Position numbers and translations under genes: made by a program. A stretch of 64,000 nt of DNA, taken from Nannocystis bainbridge (GTDB lineage Bacteria; Myxococcota_A; Polyangia; Nannocystales; Nannocystaceae). The stretch covers positions 1,824,001-1,888,000 of the forward strand of contig NZ_JAQNDL010000003.1 of assembly GCF_028368995.1 (NCBI RefSeq), written 5' to 3'. A model generated the notes under the pieces. The model did not search any database and had not been told where the DNA came from. It was given only the letters and a program-made list of their open reading frames with translations. Shown here piece after piece: positions 37,944-48,384 of this stretch (its first letter is position 1; each line of letters starts with the position of its first letter).

Positions 37944-40907
37944 CTATTGGACATCCTGTGATCGGGCTGACGAACCAGGACCAGGCTCATCGTCGGTCCT
38001 GGCGTCAGAGGTAGCGCTTCCCTGGGCTTGCTGGTCGTGGACCTTCATATTGTTGTGTGTGGGCGCTTCAAACGAATCGCCGATCGATCTAATTGCCGAC
38101 AGTGGAATAAAGCCGTCGGGCCATCGTGTGAAAGTGTCGAATCTTACCCGAGCGAGGTCTACGTGAAGGTGGAACACACCTGCGAGACTCGCGCCTTCGA
38201 AATTCACACCTTCGAGATTCGCGCCAAAGAGATTTGCTTCTTCAAGGTCGGCGCCTGCGAAATTTGCCTTCTGCAAGTCCGCGTTGGCAAAATTCGCATC
38301 AAAGAGGGTTGCGTTACAGAACTTTGCGCCATACAGGTTTGCGTCTTCGAGATCTGCATAAACGAGGTCCGCCTCACAAAGATCCGCACGAAGGAGGTCG
38401 GCTCGAATAAACGACACACTGTTGAGATTCGCCCCGTAGAAACTTGCCAGTCTGAGGTTCGCACCCGCGAGATGCGCACCCTTGAGATTTGCCCCCCTGA
38501 AATTTGTCCCTTCAAGGCTTGCACCGTCAAGATTCGCGCCTTCGAGGTGCGCGCCTTCGAAATTCGAGCCTTGGCCGACGAGGCCAAGAAGCAGCGACCC
38601 CGGTTTCACAATGACAACAGGAGCAAAAAACATCGGAGGTTTCTTTCTTACGATCGTCCACCATGTCGAAATCGTCAAGAGCACCGAGCCGTCTCCGATA
38701 TCGAAACACTCGTCAAGGCGCTGGGCGAGATGACAGCCGATGGCGAGGGCTGCTTGCCGCACCAGTGTCCGCTGGTCATTGCGGAATGTAGGTCGACCAT
38801 CGCTCGTGCGGACCGCTTCGTCTTCAACGGTCGCTCGGGCCCAGTCGAGAAGGCGTCGACGATCTTGTTCTCCCCACATGTCGAGACGCTCGCGCAGGAA
38901 TAATAAGACCCTCGAATCGCTCTCCACGAGCGGGGCACCGGAGATGCCCTCCTCAAGTGCATCAAAATTGTGGCGGCCGGCAGTGAGTAATCGCCGTAAC
39001 TGCCGCTCCCAGAACCGCGCGGCCGCGAACTCCAGGAACGAACGGTGACCGAAGAAAAATTGTGGACTTCCGCCAGCAAATTGCGCCTGCATGCCAAGCA
39101 AGAGTCCGATCCGCACCTGCTCGAGTGTTGACTCAGAGATGCCCAGATCGTTCTCGAGCACAGCCAAGATATGCCAGCGTGACAGGGCCAGACCTGAAAA
39201 TTCACGCCGCATCGCCTCCCAGGCAACTCGATCCATTAGCAACCGAATTGCTTCAATGGCGGAACGTCGGCCCCCCTCCTCACCCTTCCACGGTGGCAAC
39301 TCGCCCCGGCTGACCAAGGTCTCACGCGCTCGCTCGGCTGCTTCCTTGATCTGAGGGTGGACTTCGCCGCTGCGCTGGTATTTGCCGGTCGCCAGCGTAT
39401 CAAAAAACGCTTCGTAGATCTGGACCTGGGGTATAATTCCCTCCTTCCGCGCATAGGTCGGCCACGTCAGCACAAGCATGAAAAGGAGAATCGGAATTTG
39501 TGCGAGGTCGGTAAGACCGTGCAATGCGATATTCTCGCGGGTAGGTCCTGCGTTCGGCCAGGCCCACAGCCACTCATCTATCTGCCTCTCGTCAAACCTC
39601 TGAAGCTTGACGTGCGGAATCACGTGTTCTCTGCTTTTGGCGTCAAGTTGAGACAACGCCTCGGGCCGCGAGAAAACAATGAAGCGCTGTTCGTCTGAGG
39701 CATAATCGAAGAGTTCCCGGAGCAAGTTTCGTGCTTGCTCCGTGTTCATCGCTAATTCGTCCAGGCCGTCCAGAAGGATCACGGCGTGTCCCTCCCGTGG
39801 TGGCGCAAACGCAGGATCGTCAACTCTTAGCGAAACCCCGATCGCTTCCGCGCTACGCTTAAGCGCGCGTCGGATAACGTCGTCCAGACTTTGATGGGCT
39901 ATCGAGCTATCGGCGCAGCGGACATAAATTGGAAAAACCCGCTGACAACTTGGATCAATACTATTAGGATCGAGATACGCTGAAGCCCAACGCCATGCCA
40001 GCGTCCGAGCTGTCAATGATTTGCCCATTCCAAAATCGGCGCTAACACACACAACCTTATGTTGGCACAGCAACTCCGCGAGCAACGTGAGCACTGGTCC
40101 AGTGCGGGTCCCTTTGCCCAAATCATATTTAGCATTCGGTTCGACATACGACTGCTCGAGCGGCAGATCAGGAATTCCCTCTGAGGTGTCCACTCCGGCG
40201 AACACGTGCTTGTGCCGCCATGCGGCTATGTCGGTCACCAAGAGCCGGCGCAATGCTTCGCCGCGCGGCAGGCCGTCAGTCAGTAGGGTGCGCAGTTCAG
40301 CGTTGCCGCCGCGGGCCAACACCTCGCGGAAGGCGCGCGTGAAAGCGCGCTCGAACGTTTGTACGTCGCCATCTTGTTCGCGCGGCAGCAGCGGGGGGGC
40401 GTCAACGGTGACCGCGGGGTCGGTGAAGGCCGCCCACAGAGCTTGGTACATCGGGCTCGCAGTCGGCGTCTCCAGCCAGGTATCACGCGGCAGCGGAGAT
40501 GGAGTGGCGCGTCCCAGCAGGTCCAGCGCGAACTTGATCGCAGCTTCGACCTCTTGCAGGCGACCGCGTACCCAGGTGGGGGCAAACCATTTGCCCCACT
40601 TGTTCGGGCGGCCAGCCATTTCGCCGCTTCCGCCCCAGTACACCGCGAGCGCCTCCCCGAAACATGCTACGTGAATGGCCCACAGGTGTACGGCTTGCTC
40701 GGGCCGAGCGGACGCCGGCGCGAGAGATTTGAAGAGGTCGCTGGCCTTTCCGATTACGTCCGCGCCGAGCCCGAGCAGTTTCGTCAGCCAGCCGAGCCGA
40801 TCCTGGGTGGGGAACGTGGTCCAGCCGTCCCAGACGGACAATTTGCAGCCGCTTTCCAGCAGCTTGATCGACGACGTGACTAGCGCGAGCGTTACGGGGT
40901 CGGCCAC
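37944..40907 (-). CDS. NACHT NTPase with C-terminal pentapeptide repeats
   Basis: ADFGMGKS, ILLDGLDE, IVFSRP, PILLFML, FGHRSFLEF; A(N/D)LxG pentapeptide run; visibly lower GC. Confidence 0.88.
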   Translation of the reverse strand: MADPVTLALVTSSIKLLESGCKLSVWDGWTTFPTQDRLGWLTKLLGLGADVIGKASDLFKSLAPASARPEQAVHLWAIHVACFGEALAVYWGGSGEMAGRPNKWGKWFAPTWVRGRLQEVEAAIKFALDLLGRATPSPLPRDTWLETPTASPMYQALWAAFTDPAVTVDAPPLLPREQDGDVQTFERAFTRAFREVLARGGNAELRTLLTDGLPRGEALRRLLVTDIAAWRHKHVFAGVDTSEGIPDLPLEQSYVEPNAKYDLGKGTRTGPVLTLLAELLCQHKVVCVSADFGMGKSLTARTLAWRWASAYLDPNSIDPSCQRVFPIYVRCADSSIAHQSLDDVIRRALKRSAEAIGVSLRVDDPAFAPPREGHAVILLDGLDELAMNTEQARNLLRELFDYASDEQRFIVFSRPEALSQLDAKSREHVIPHVKLQRFDERQIDEWLWAWPNAGPTRENIALHGLTDLAQIPILLFMLVLTWPTYARKEGIIPQVQIYEAFFDTLATGKYQRSGEVHPQIKEAAERARETLVSRGELPPWKGEEGGRRSAIEAIRLLMDRVAWEAMRREFSGLALSRWHILAVLENDLGISESTLEQVRIGLLLGMQAQFAGGSPQFFFGHRSFLEFAAARFWERQLRRLLTAGRHNFDALEEGISGAPLVESDSRVLLFLRERLDMWGEQDRRRLLDWARATVEDEAVRTSDGRPTFRNDQRTLVRQAALAIGCHLAQRLDECFDIGDGSVLLTISTWWTIVRKKPPMFFAPVVIVKPGSLLLGLVGQGSNFEGAHLEGANLDGASLEGTNFRGANLKGAHLAGANLRLASFYGANLNSVSFIRADLLRADLCEADLVYADLEDANLYGAKFCNATLFDANFANADLQKANFAGADLEEANLFGANLEGVNFEGASLAGVFHLHVDLARVRFDTFTRWPDGFIPLSAIRSIGDSFEAPTHNNMKVHDQQAQGSATSDARTDDEPGPGSSARSQDVQ

Positions 40908-40910
40908 GGA

Positions 40911-42275
40911 CTATCCCTCAAGTCGGCGCGTTCTCGGCGCCGGGGCGGACTGTTGCTCCTTGGGCGCTTCGGCTTCGGGGGCCTCCGGAGGTTCGAACGA
41001 ACGGCCGTGCTTCGCGGCCAGCTCCTCCGGCGTCAGCTTGCCGTCGTCGAGCTCTAGCTTGTAGTGCGCGGCGGGGGCGTATTGCTCGTGGAGGTCGACG
41101 CGATCCATCACGTCGATCAGCTCGCGCAGGAACAGCCGCGGCGCGAGGGCGACCTTGCCGCCGAAGCCGGCGGTGATCTGTGTGACAAGGGCGCCGAGGA
41201 AGCGGTCGTCCACCTTGGCAGCGACGCGGTCGGCGTGCTTCGCGGGGTACAGGTCGCGCACGCAGCGGCCGACGGTCAGCAGGCGCTCCGGCGTGAACGG
41301 CAGCAGGCGTACCTGGGTCGCTCGGAGGTTGTCCCATTGCGGGTCGTCGCCGAAGTTGACCTGGACGCGTTGGTATAGCGGAGCGAGAGCCTTGAGGCCC
41401 TTGTAGCCCTCGAAGAAGTCGCGGGTGCCGGTGACGACCAGGTACAGGCCCGGGAGTTCCTCCTTGGCGAGCATGTCCATGAGCTGCCGGAGGGCGTTGA
41501 GCGACTTCTCGCGGGTCTGCGCGTTCATGCGCTGAATCGTCTCGACCTCGTCGAGGACGACGACCAGGCCATCGTAGCCGGACTGGCGCAGAAGCTGCAG
41601 CAGGCCGGCGAGGAAGGTCAGCGACGCCTGACCGTCGACCTTGCCCTTGGTACCGGCGGCACGGAGGACCGAACGGTCGGTGTGCGGCTGGCCCGCGAGC
41701 CAGGCGAGCAGACCCTGCGCGGTCGAGAAGTCCCCCTCATGGGTCGCGCGGTGGTAGGCGCGGAGGATCTGGGCGAACGCAGGGTTGCGCCGCGAGAGGT
41801 CGGCGAGTTTGTCCTCGAGGCGCTGCTCGGTCGCGTCGGCGAAGTTGGGGTCGTCCTCGGTCATGCCGCGCAGGCGCATGACCTCCTCGCCGATCTGGTA
41901 CAGCCAGCCCTCGACGACGGCCTGGAAGGCGTTGGGGCCGTCGGCCGCGGTCTCGAGCCGCTCGATCAGGCGGCGGTAAACGGTCTCCAAGTGGTGCAGC
42001 GGGGTGTCATTGATCGAGATCTGGACCTCGGCGGTCGCAAATCGGCGCTCGCGCGCCTTCGCGCATAGGTAGCGGGCGGCGAAAGTCTTGCCGGTGCCGT
42101 ACTCGCCACGGATCCACTTGGCGAGGCCCTTACCGGTGGCGACGAAGTCGAGCTCTTCATTGACCGCGCCGAGCAACTTCTCGAGGCCGGTAGCGAAATG
42201 TCCGAGGCCCTGGGCGGGCACGAGGCCGCTGCGCAGGGCGTTGACGATCGTCGCCGACTCGTTGACTGCGGGCAT
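40911..42275 (-). CDS. brxD: BREX ATP-binding protein BrxD
   Basis: ALRSGLVP, GEYGTGKT, VVVLDEVET, PRLFLRELI; directly after pglZ. Confidence 0.9.
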   Translation of the reverse strand: MPAVNESATIVNALRSGLVPAQGLGHFATGLEKLLGAVNEELDFVATGKGLAKWIRGEYGTGKTFAARYLCAKARERRFATAEVQISINDTPLHHLETVYRRLIERLETAADGPNAFQAVVEGWLYQIGEEVMRLRGMTEDDPNFADATEQRLEDKLADLSRRNPAFAQILRAYHRATHEGDFSTAQGLLAWLAGQPHTDRSVLRAAGTKGKVDGQASLTFLAGLLQLLRQSGYDGLVVVLDEVETIQRMNAQTREKSLNALRQLMDMLAKEELPGLYLVVTGTRDFFEGYKGLKALAPLYQRVQVNFGDDPQWDNLRATQVRLLPFTPERLLTVGRCVRDLYPAKHADRVAAKVDDRFLGALVTQITAGFGGKVALAPRLFLRELIDVMDRVDLHEQYAPAAHYKLELDDGKLTPEELAAKHGRSFEPPEAPEAEAPKEQQSAPAPRTRRLEG

Positions 42276-44848
42276 CAGCGGTCCTTTCCTTGATAACGAT
42301 ACATGGTCTCACCGCTCGGCAGCTTCTCGTCGGTGAATAGCGTGTGGCCCGAAGCGTGGAGGGCTCGCTTGAGCGTGACCATCAGGCCGTTGAGGCGGCC
42401 GGGGTTCTTGCGCAGGCGCTCGGCGAGCTCGCTCGCGCGGGCCGAGCCGTTCTCGCGCAGGAGGACGAGGACGGACTTCTCGTCGTTGCCGAGCTTGGCC
42501 AGGAGCTCGGGCGGGAGGGGCAGCGCGTCGGCCCGCTCGGCGGGGTTGAAGAGGGTGAGCTGTGGTTTGGGCGCGGTCGGCAGCTTGTCCGAGGGCGTCT
42601 CGATCGGCAGCTCGACGGGGCGCGGCGGCGGGACGGGCTCGACGACCGAGCCCTGACCGAACCACCACGCGGGCTCGTCGGCGTGGAGGCCGTCGCGCTC
42701 GAGCCAGGCGAGGGGGACGACCATCTCCTCGAGGCTGCACCCGCCGTGGAAGCCGACCTGCGGGGAGCCGAGGTAGGCGCCGCTGCGCCATGCGAACGCG
42801 CGCCGCTCGGGCGGGCCCCCGAGGCCCCCGAGGTCGATCTCGATGAAGCTGTCCGGCGCGGCGTTCTTGCCGAGCGGGAGGAAGCGCGGCGCCCCTTTCC
42901 CGGCGCCGACCCGCAGCTTGTTTTCGACGTAGGGGCTGTGGCCGTGGTCGGCGGTGACGAGGATCTTCCGCCGCGACTTGAGGGCGACCTGCAAGCTCGG
43001 TTTGAAGGCGCTGATGTCCTCGGGCGAGAGGCGCACGGTCGAACCGGTGTTGACGGAGCCGATCTGGTCGTCGACGGCGTTGAACACCGCGGCGACGACG
43101 TCGAGCGACTCGTCGGCGAGCGCAGCGAGCAGCGCCTGCCCTCCGTCGGCGAGGTCGGCCTTGAGGAACAGACGGCGGTTGCGCCGCTCGAGGGCCTTGT
43201 TTTGGTTGAAGCGGGCCTTGTCGGTCTTCGCCTCTTGCTCGTCGCGGAAGACGGTCTCGGCGGCCAGCGGGTCCTGCGGGAGCTCTCCGAGGAAGATCGC
43301 GCCGCGCGCGTGGCTGGTGATGGTCGGCAGCGGCGAGAGCGCAGGAATGCCGGCGACACGGCCGTCCGCGTCGGGGCGGATCCCGATCGGGAAGGTGTTG
43401 TCCTGCGAGAGCGCGTGCAGGAGCTCGAGGAAGACGGGGTAGCTGCAACCGTCGAGCACGACGAGGAAGAGGCGCGCCCCGGGATCCTGCTGCCATACGG
43501 GGGCCACGGTGCGCTTCCACAGGCGATGCAGCGGCGTCAGCCCGGTGTGGTGCAGCGCGGCCTCGTAGCCAGCCGCCAGGGCCGCCGCGAACTGCTGGTT
43601 CTCCCGCTCGCGGCGCGCATAGGCGGCGGTGAGGACTGACTTTGCCTCGGCGTGGTGCGCGGCGCTGCTGGCGAGGGCGCGGCGGAGCTGCAGGATCGCC
43701 AGATCGGCGAACGCGCCGTTGCGCTGGTAGTCCTGCACCTGGGCGAGGATGTCGGTCGACGGCGTGAACGGCTGGTCGAGGTAGCGCGAGAGGCGGCCCA
43801 TCGCCACGAGGACGGCCAGGCTGACGCGGTTGATGTTCGCGGAGCGATGGGCCGTGAGCCAGGAGATTTCCGCGAGGCTGATCGCCTTGCCGTCCGCGGC
43901 CTGCTTGGCGAGCGCGTGACAGCGGCTGGCGAACGCGAGCGGCAGCACGTGGCTGGTCTGGAGCTGCGCCGGAAGGAGACACTCGCGGCCGATCCGGTCG
44001 GCCTCGTCGAGGAGCGGCGTCGCCAGGTCGCCGAGGATCGCCAGCGTGTCCTCGGCGAGGCGGGTCAGCACGCGGCGCAGGATCCGGCGGTCCATCTCGA
44101 GCGGGGGTTCGGTCGCCGCCTGCCACAGCGGGCCCCAGACCGGCTTGCCGAGCTCCGGCACCTCGACGGTCAAGATCGCGCCGTGGATGACGAGTTGACG
44201 CAGGCGGCGCTCGGGCTGGGCGAGCGCCCACGAGAGCAGCCGGCCGTCGTCGCCGTGCATGGTCAGCAACGCGTCGCGCACGAGCTGGCTGACGCCAAGC
44301 GACCACTGCGGCGGCTCCTGCACCCACGCAGCGAGCAGTTGCGCCGGTGTCTGGGTGCGGACGCGCTCGCCGACGCTGACGTCGACCAGCATCTCGGTCA
44401 ACAGCCGCCGGTCGATCACGGTCGGCAGGGTCCGGTGGCTCATCATCACGCCGAGCTTGTGGACATGCTCGAGCGCGAGCTTCTGCATGTACGGCGCGTC
44501 GGCGCCGACGACGCGGACGCCGAGGTGCGCCTCGAGCACGTCGTTGATCGTGAGCGCGTGGACTCGTTGATCCTGGGCGCGTCGCAGGATGTCCGGCGCC
44601 TTCTGGATCTGGAGCGCGACCGCCTCGGGCATCACGGCGATCAGCGGCGCTCCCTTGGCCCTCCAGAGCAGGTGTCGCAGGCCGAGCTCGGTGGCGATGC
44701 GGTGGACGCGATAGACGCCCTTGGGCGTCGTCATTTGCTCGGGCAGGTTCTCGAGGCCCTCACTGTCGATGACGAGCAAGAAGCCCTTCTCGTTGGCGCC
44801 GCCTGACTTTTCGAGCAGGCCACGCAGGAGCAGGTGAGCCGCGCTCAC
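42275..44848 (-). CDS. pglZ: BREX type 2 PglZ (alkaline phosphatase fold)
   Basis: LVVLDGCS, LPTITSHAR, NAVDD, VTADHGH, FHGGCSLEEMVVP. Confidence 0.9.
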   Translation of the reverse strand: MSAAHLLLRGLLEKSGGANEKGFLLVIDSEGLENLPEQMTTPKGVYRVHRIATELGLRHLLWRAKGAPLIAVMPEAVALQIQKAPDILRRAQDQRVHALTINDVLEAHLGVRVVGADAPYMQKLALEHVHKLGVMMSHRTLPTVIDRRLLTEMLVDVSVGERVRTQTPAQLLAAWVQEPPQWSLGVSQLVRDALLTMHGDDGRLLSWALAQPERRLRQLVIHGAILTVEVPELGKPVWGPLWQAATEPPLEMDRRILRRVLTRLAEDTLAILGDLATPLLDEADRIGRECLLPAQLQTSHVLPLAFASRCHALAKQAADGKAISLAEISWLTAHRSANINRVSLAVLVAMGRLSRYLDQPFTPSTDILAQVQDYQRNGAFADLAILQLRRALASSAAHHAEAKSVLTAAYARRERENQQFAAALAAGYEAALHHTGLTPLHRLWKRTVAPVWQQDPGARLFLVVLDGCSYPVFLELLHALSQDNTFPIGIRPDADGRVAGIPALSPLPTITSHARGAIFLGELPQDPLAAETVFRDEQEAKTDKARFNQNKALERRNRRLFLKADLADGGQALLAALADESLDVVAAVFNAVDDQIGSVNTGSTVRLSPEDISAFKPSLQVALKSRRKILVTADHGHSPYVENKLRVGAGKGAPRFLPLGKNAAPDSFIEIDLGGLGGPPERRAFAWRSGAYLGSPQVGFHGGCSLEEMVVPLAWLERDGLHADEPAWWFGQGSVVEPVPPPRPVELPIETPSDKLPTAPKPQLTLFNPAERADALPLPPELLAKLGNDEKSVLVLLRENGSARASELAERLRKNPGRLNGLMVTLKRALHASGHTLFTDEKLPSGETMYRYQGKDR

Positions 44849-47800
44849 TCGGCATCCTCCTCACGTGCGAGGACGATCTGAATGCTCGCCTCGCTCTGGT
44901 TTGCCAGCGCCCGCCGCACCTGGGCGAGGAACGATGAGACGGCGTCGGGGTCGCCGGGGTTGAGGCGCTGCTTGAGGAGGATCTTGGCTTTCGTCGGCTC
45001 GGGTTGCGGCGGAGGCGGCGGCGGCGGTTTCGGTGTGATCGGCGGCTGGGCGATCAGGCGGTGGACGAGCTCCTGCGCGCGCTGGTTCCAGCCGAGGATC
45101 CACGTCTTCGTGATTGGCTGCTCGGCTTCGGCGGCGGCGATCCGGGCGTCGAGGGCGGCGAGGTGATCGCTGACTTCGACGCCGAGCGCCGGGTGATTGG
45201 CGCCCGCCTTCAGAGCGTCGCGTGCGTGTTCGTTGATCTCGACGAGCGCGTCGCGCAGAGCTTCGCACTGCTGAACGACGGCGCGGAGTCGGTCCGACGG
45301 GTCATCGGGCCACTGAGCGAGCAGCTCGCTCAGGACCTTGTGGCTGTCGGTGGTCGCCTGGGCGAGCGGGGCGAGCCGTGTGTTGGCAGCCGCGAGGTCC
45401 TCGAGGCGGGCGCCGGACTCGATACCGAGGTTGATCAGGCGCTGATGGAGGGCCTGCAGGACCGTGCGCCGGGCCTGCCCCTGCTGCTTGAGCGCGAGGG
45501 CGAAGCGATCCTGCGCCTGCAGCGAGCGGTGAGCGGGCGGGCGCTTGACTGCGAAGAGGTGGTCGCCGAGGTCGCGCAGTCGATGCCACTCGGCGGCGCC
45601 GACGAGCTTGCCGCGCTGCAGCCGCACGCGCGTGGTCGGCGGCATCCCGATCTTGACGTCGATCGGATCGCCGGTCAGCTCCTCAAGCGCCCGGTGGTCG
45701 CGCTGGCACAGGAAGCTGAGAAAGAGGTCGATGACGGGCGGCTGGAAGCCATAGGTGTCCCTGAGGTACTCGGCGACCGGGGCCCAGGAGACCGAGTCGT
45801 GGTCGGCGCGCTGGAGGACATCCTTGATGTAGCGCGAGTCGAGGCGCAGCGACGCCTTGGTCTGGCCGAGGTTGACGAGCTCGAGCGGCTTGCCGATCTT
45901 CTCGAGGATCTTGCCCTTGCTCTCGTCGTAGGGGACGGAGACGTTGGTCTCGCCGGCGGCGATCATCCATTCGAGCAAGCCGTCCAGTTCGGCCTTCTTG
46001 GGCTCCATGTCGAAGACCGGGTGCTGCGTATACCTGCGATCCATGAGCAGGGTGGCGATGCGCTTCAGGTTCTCGTGCAGCGTCTCGTACGGGCGGCTGC
46101 CGTCGATGTCGGAGATCAGGGCGAAGAACTCACCGTGGCGGATGTAGACCTCGACGAGCAGGGCGTCGATCTGGCCGGCGAGGTTGTTCGCCCGGATCTC
46201 CGCCTGCTCGATGATCTTCTTGCGATCCTGGGGACCGTAGGTCTCGAGCAATTCGGCCTGGCCGACCTCGGAGAGCAGGAAGCGGACGGCGGCGAGCTCG
46301 GTGAGGACGGCGAGCTCGCTGGTGCTCATGTGCCGGGGCAGCCAGCAGACCGTGTGCAGAAGACCCTGCTTCTTGCGCACGTTCGTGGCGCGCATGCGGT
46401 CCTCGTCGACGCTATGTCCGGGGTCGTCCCACGGGTAGTCGACGAGGATCTTGAACGTGCCCGGCGGCGGGTCGAAGTCCTCGTAGGACATTTCGCGCAC
46501 GTTGCCGAGCTTGAGCCGGCCGCGGCGGGGGGTCTTGCGCCACTGGAGATCCCAGTCGCCCTCGGTGGAGCCCTCCTCGAAGCCCTTGAGCTTGTCGACG
46601 CCGAGGGCCTTCTTGAGGGCGGCCCACAGAATCTTGAAGCGCTGCTGCGGGCTGTCGACCTTCGAGCGGGCGCGGGTGAGGACGTCGGTGAGGCTGACTC
46701 GGCCGAGCACGTAACGCACGAGCGCGGACTTGCCCTGGCCGGCGATCTGGAGGTCGGGCAGGCTCTTCGACAGCGCGAGCAGGTCGGTCTCGGCGATCAG
46801 GACCAGCCCGCGGGGGGTGTCGCCGACGACGTCGGCGGAGTTGAACTGGACGAGGCGCTCGATGGTCAGGCCGCCCTGCTTGAGTCGCGGCGAGACCTCG
46901 GCGAGGAGGACCGTCTTGACGAACTGGTCGAGCGCGCGCTGGCGCTCCTCGTTGAGTTCGGGGTTTTCGCGGGCCAGCGCCTGGATCGCAGGGGCGAGTC
47001 GAAGGTAGTACTGATGATGGATGTCCTGCATCAGCTCGGCCTTCTTGCTGGCCTCGACGCCGGACTCGGGGAAGATGGCGGCGAAGGCGGAGCCGACCGG
47101 GAGGAACTCGCCGAGCTTCAGGTCCGGGTAGTGCAGGACGAGCAGCTCGTACAGCAGGCGCAGCGCCGAGCGCTCGCGCTGCATCAGCGAGGACACGTCG
47201 ACCAGCATCTCGATCAGCGCCGGGTGGAACGGGTAGACGTCCTTGAGGTATTCGATGTCGCCGCCGGCCAGCAGCAGCGGCAGCGCCTTCTGGTGGCGCT
47301 CGACGAGGCTGCCGACGGCCCTGGCGATCGCGGCCGGGTCGCGGGGACGGAGGACGCGGCCCTTGACGATGTGGCGCAGCTCGACGTCGCGGAGCTCGGT
47401 GACCTCGAAGCGCTTAGCGTGGTGGTCGAGGTGCTCGTGGATCTTGCTCTCGTCGACGAGGTCGGGGAAGAACTCGCTCAGCTTGCGCTGGCGGGCGACG
47501 AACACGAACATCGGCGCGGGTCGCTGGCCGGTGTTGTGGTCGACGATCACGTTGAGGTTGTTGATCTCCTGGACGAACTCCTGGCCCGACTTCTCGGCGA
47601 GCCACAGCAGGAACTCGTCGAGCATCAGGACGACGCCGCCGAAGCCCTGCGCGCGGGCATGCTCGGTCATGCGCCGCAGGCCGTCGCTCCAGCGCGGGTC
47701 GATGCCGGCGGACGCGGGATCGCGGCCCTTGTGCTTGATCCAGGCCAGGGCGAAGCGCTCGCGCCCCGCGGGCGAGCCAGCGGCGAGCGCCTCGAAGTCC

Positions 47801-48384
47801 TCGCGCCCGCCGATGATCGAGGCGGTCTCGAGGCGCTTCCAGACGATGTCGCCGTACTCCTGGGCCTCGCGGCGGACCTCCTCGAAGATCGTGTCGACGT
47901 TGAGGAAGTTGAACGGCGCCATGCCGCGGCGCTTGAGGGCCTGGTTGAAGCCCTCGTAGACCGCGCGGTCGAGGCTGGTGGTCCGGCCGCGGACCGACAG
48001 CATGTGGATCCGGACGACGAGCAGATTGGCCCGCGGCAACCACTCCTCGTGCGCCCGCTGGCCGGCGAGCAGCGGGCGGAACTTGTCCCAGGCCGGCGCA
48101 GCGCCCTCGATCAGCAGCGAGAGCATCGTCATGAAGTGCGACTTGCCGCTGCCGAAGCTGCCGTGGATGAAGCGCCCATACTCCTCGCCGCGGTCGAAGA
48201 CCTGCTTCATGTCAGTGAGGATCCGCGGGAGCTCCTTCTCGACCGCGGGGGTGATCACGTAGTCGTCGACGAGCTTCTTGACCTCGTCGGAGTCGGGCGC
48301 GGCCTCGCGCAGCTTGATGACGAAGCCCATCGCCCGGATGTCCTCCGGACTCGGGAGATCATAGGCGTCACGGATCGTGGTCAT
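44845..48384 (-). CDS. pglY: BREX type 2 ATPase PglY
   Basis: IHGSFGSGKSHFM, LMLDEFLLWL, FVARQR, YPFHPALI, LQRERSAL-type motif. Confidence 0.9.
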   Translation of the reverse strand: MTTIRDAYDLPSPEDIRAMGFVIKLREAAPDSDEVKKLVDDYVITPAVEKELPRILTDMKQVFDRGEEYGRFIHGSFGSGKSHFMTMLSLLIEGAAPAWDKFRPLLAGQRAHEEWLPRANLLVVRIHMLSVRGRTTSLDRAVYEGFNQALKRRGMAPFNFLNVDTIFEEVRREAQEYGDIVWKRLETASIIGGREDFEALAAGSPAGRERFALAWIKHKGRDPASAGIDPRWSDGLRRMTEHARAQGFGGVVLMLDEFLLWLAEKSGQEFVQEINNLNVIVDHNTGQRPAPMFVFVARQRKLSEFFPDLVDESKIHEHLDHHAKRFEVTELRDVELRHIVKGRVLRPRDPAAIARAVGSLVERHQKALPLLLAGGDIEYLKDVYPFHPALIEMLVDVSSLMQRERSALRLLYELLVLHYPDLKLGEFLPVGSAFAAIFPESGVEASKKAELMQDIHHQYYLRLAPAIQALARENPELNEERQRALDQFVKTVLLAEVSPRLKQGGLTIERLVQFNSADVVGDTPRGLVLIAETDLLALSKSLPDLQIAGQGKSALVRYVLGRVSLTDVLTRARSKVDSPQQRFKILWAALKKALGVDKLKGFEEGSTEGDWDLQWRKTPRRGRLKLGNVREMSYEDFDPPPGTFKILVDYPWDDPGHSVDEDRMRATNVRKKQGLLHTVCWLPRHMSTSELAVLTELAAVRFLLSEVGQAELLETYGPQDRKKIIEQAEIRANNLAGQIDALLVEVYIRHGEFFALISDIDGSRPYETLHENLKRIATLLMDRRYTQHPVFDMEPKKAELDGLLEWMIAAGETNVSVPYDESKGKILEKIGKPLELVNLGQTKASLRLDSRYIKDVLQRADHDSVSWAPVAEYLRDTYGFQPPVIDLFLSFLCQRDHRALEELTGDPIDVKIGMPPTTRVRLQRGKLVGAAEWHRLRDLGDHLFAVKRPPAHRSLQAQDRFALALKQQGQARRTVLQALHQRLINLGIESGARLEDLAAANTRLAPLAQATTDSHKVLSELLAQWPDDPSDRLRAVVQQCEALRDALVEINEHARDALKAGANHPALGVEVSDHLAALDARIAAAEAEQPITKTWILGWNQRAQELVHRLIAQPPITPKPPPPPPPQPEPTKAKILLKQRLNPGDPDAVSSFLAQVRRALANQSEASIQIVLAREEDAE

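Noticed and set aside
38180-38570. 15-nt periodicity in the NACHT gene as a DNA repeat array
   Set aside because: Explained by pentapeptide protein repeats
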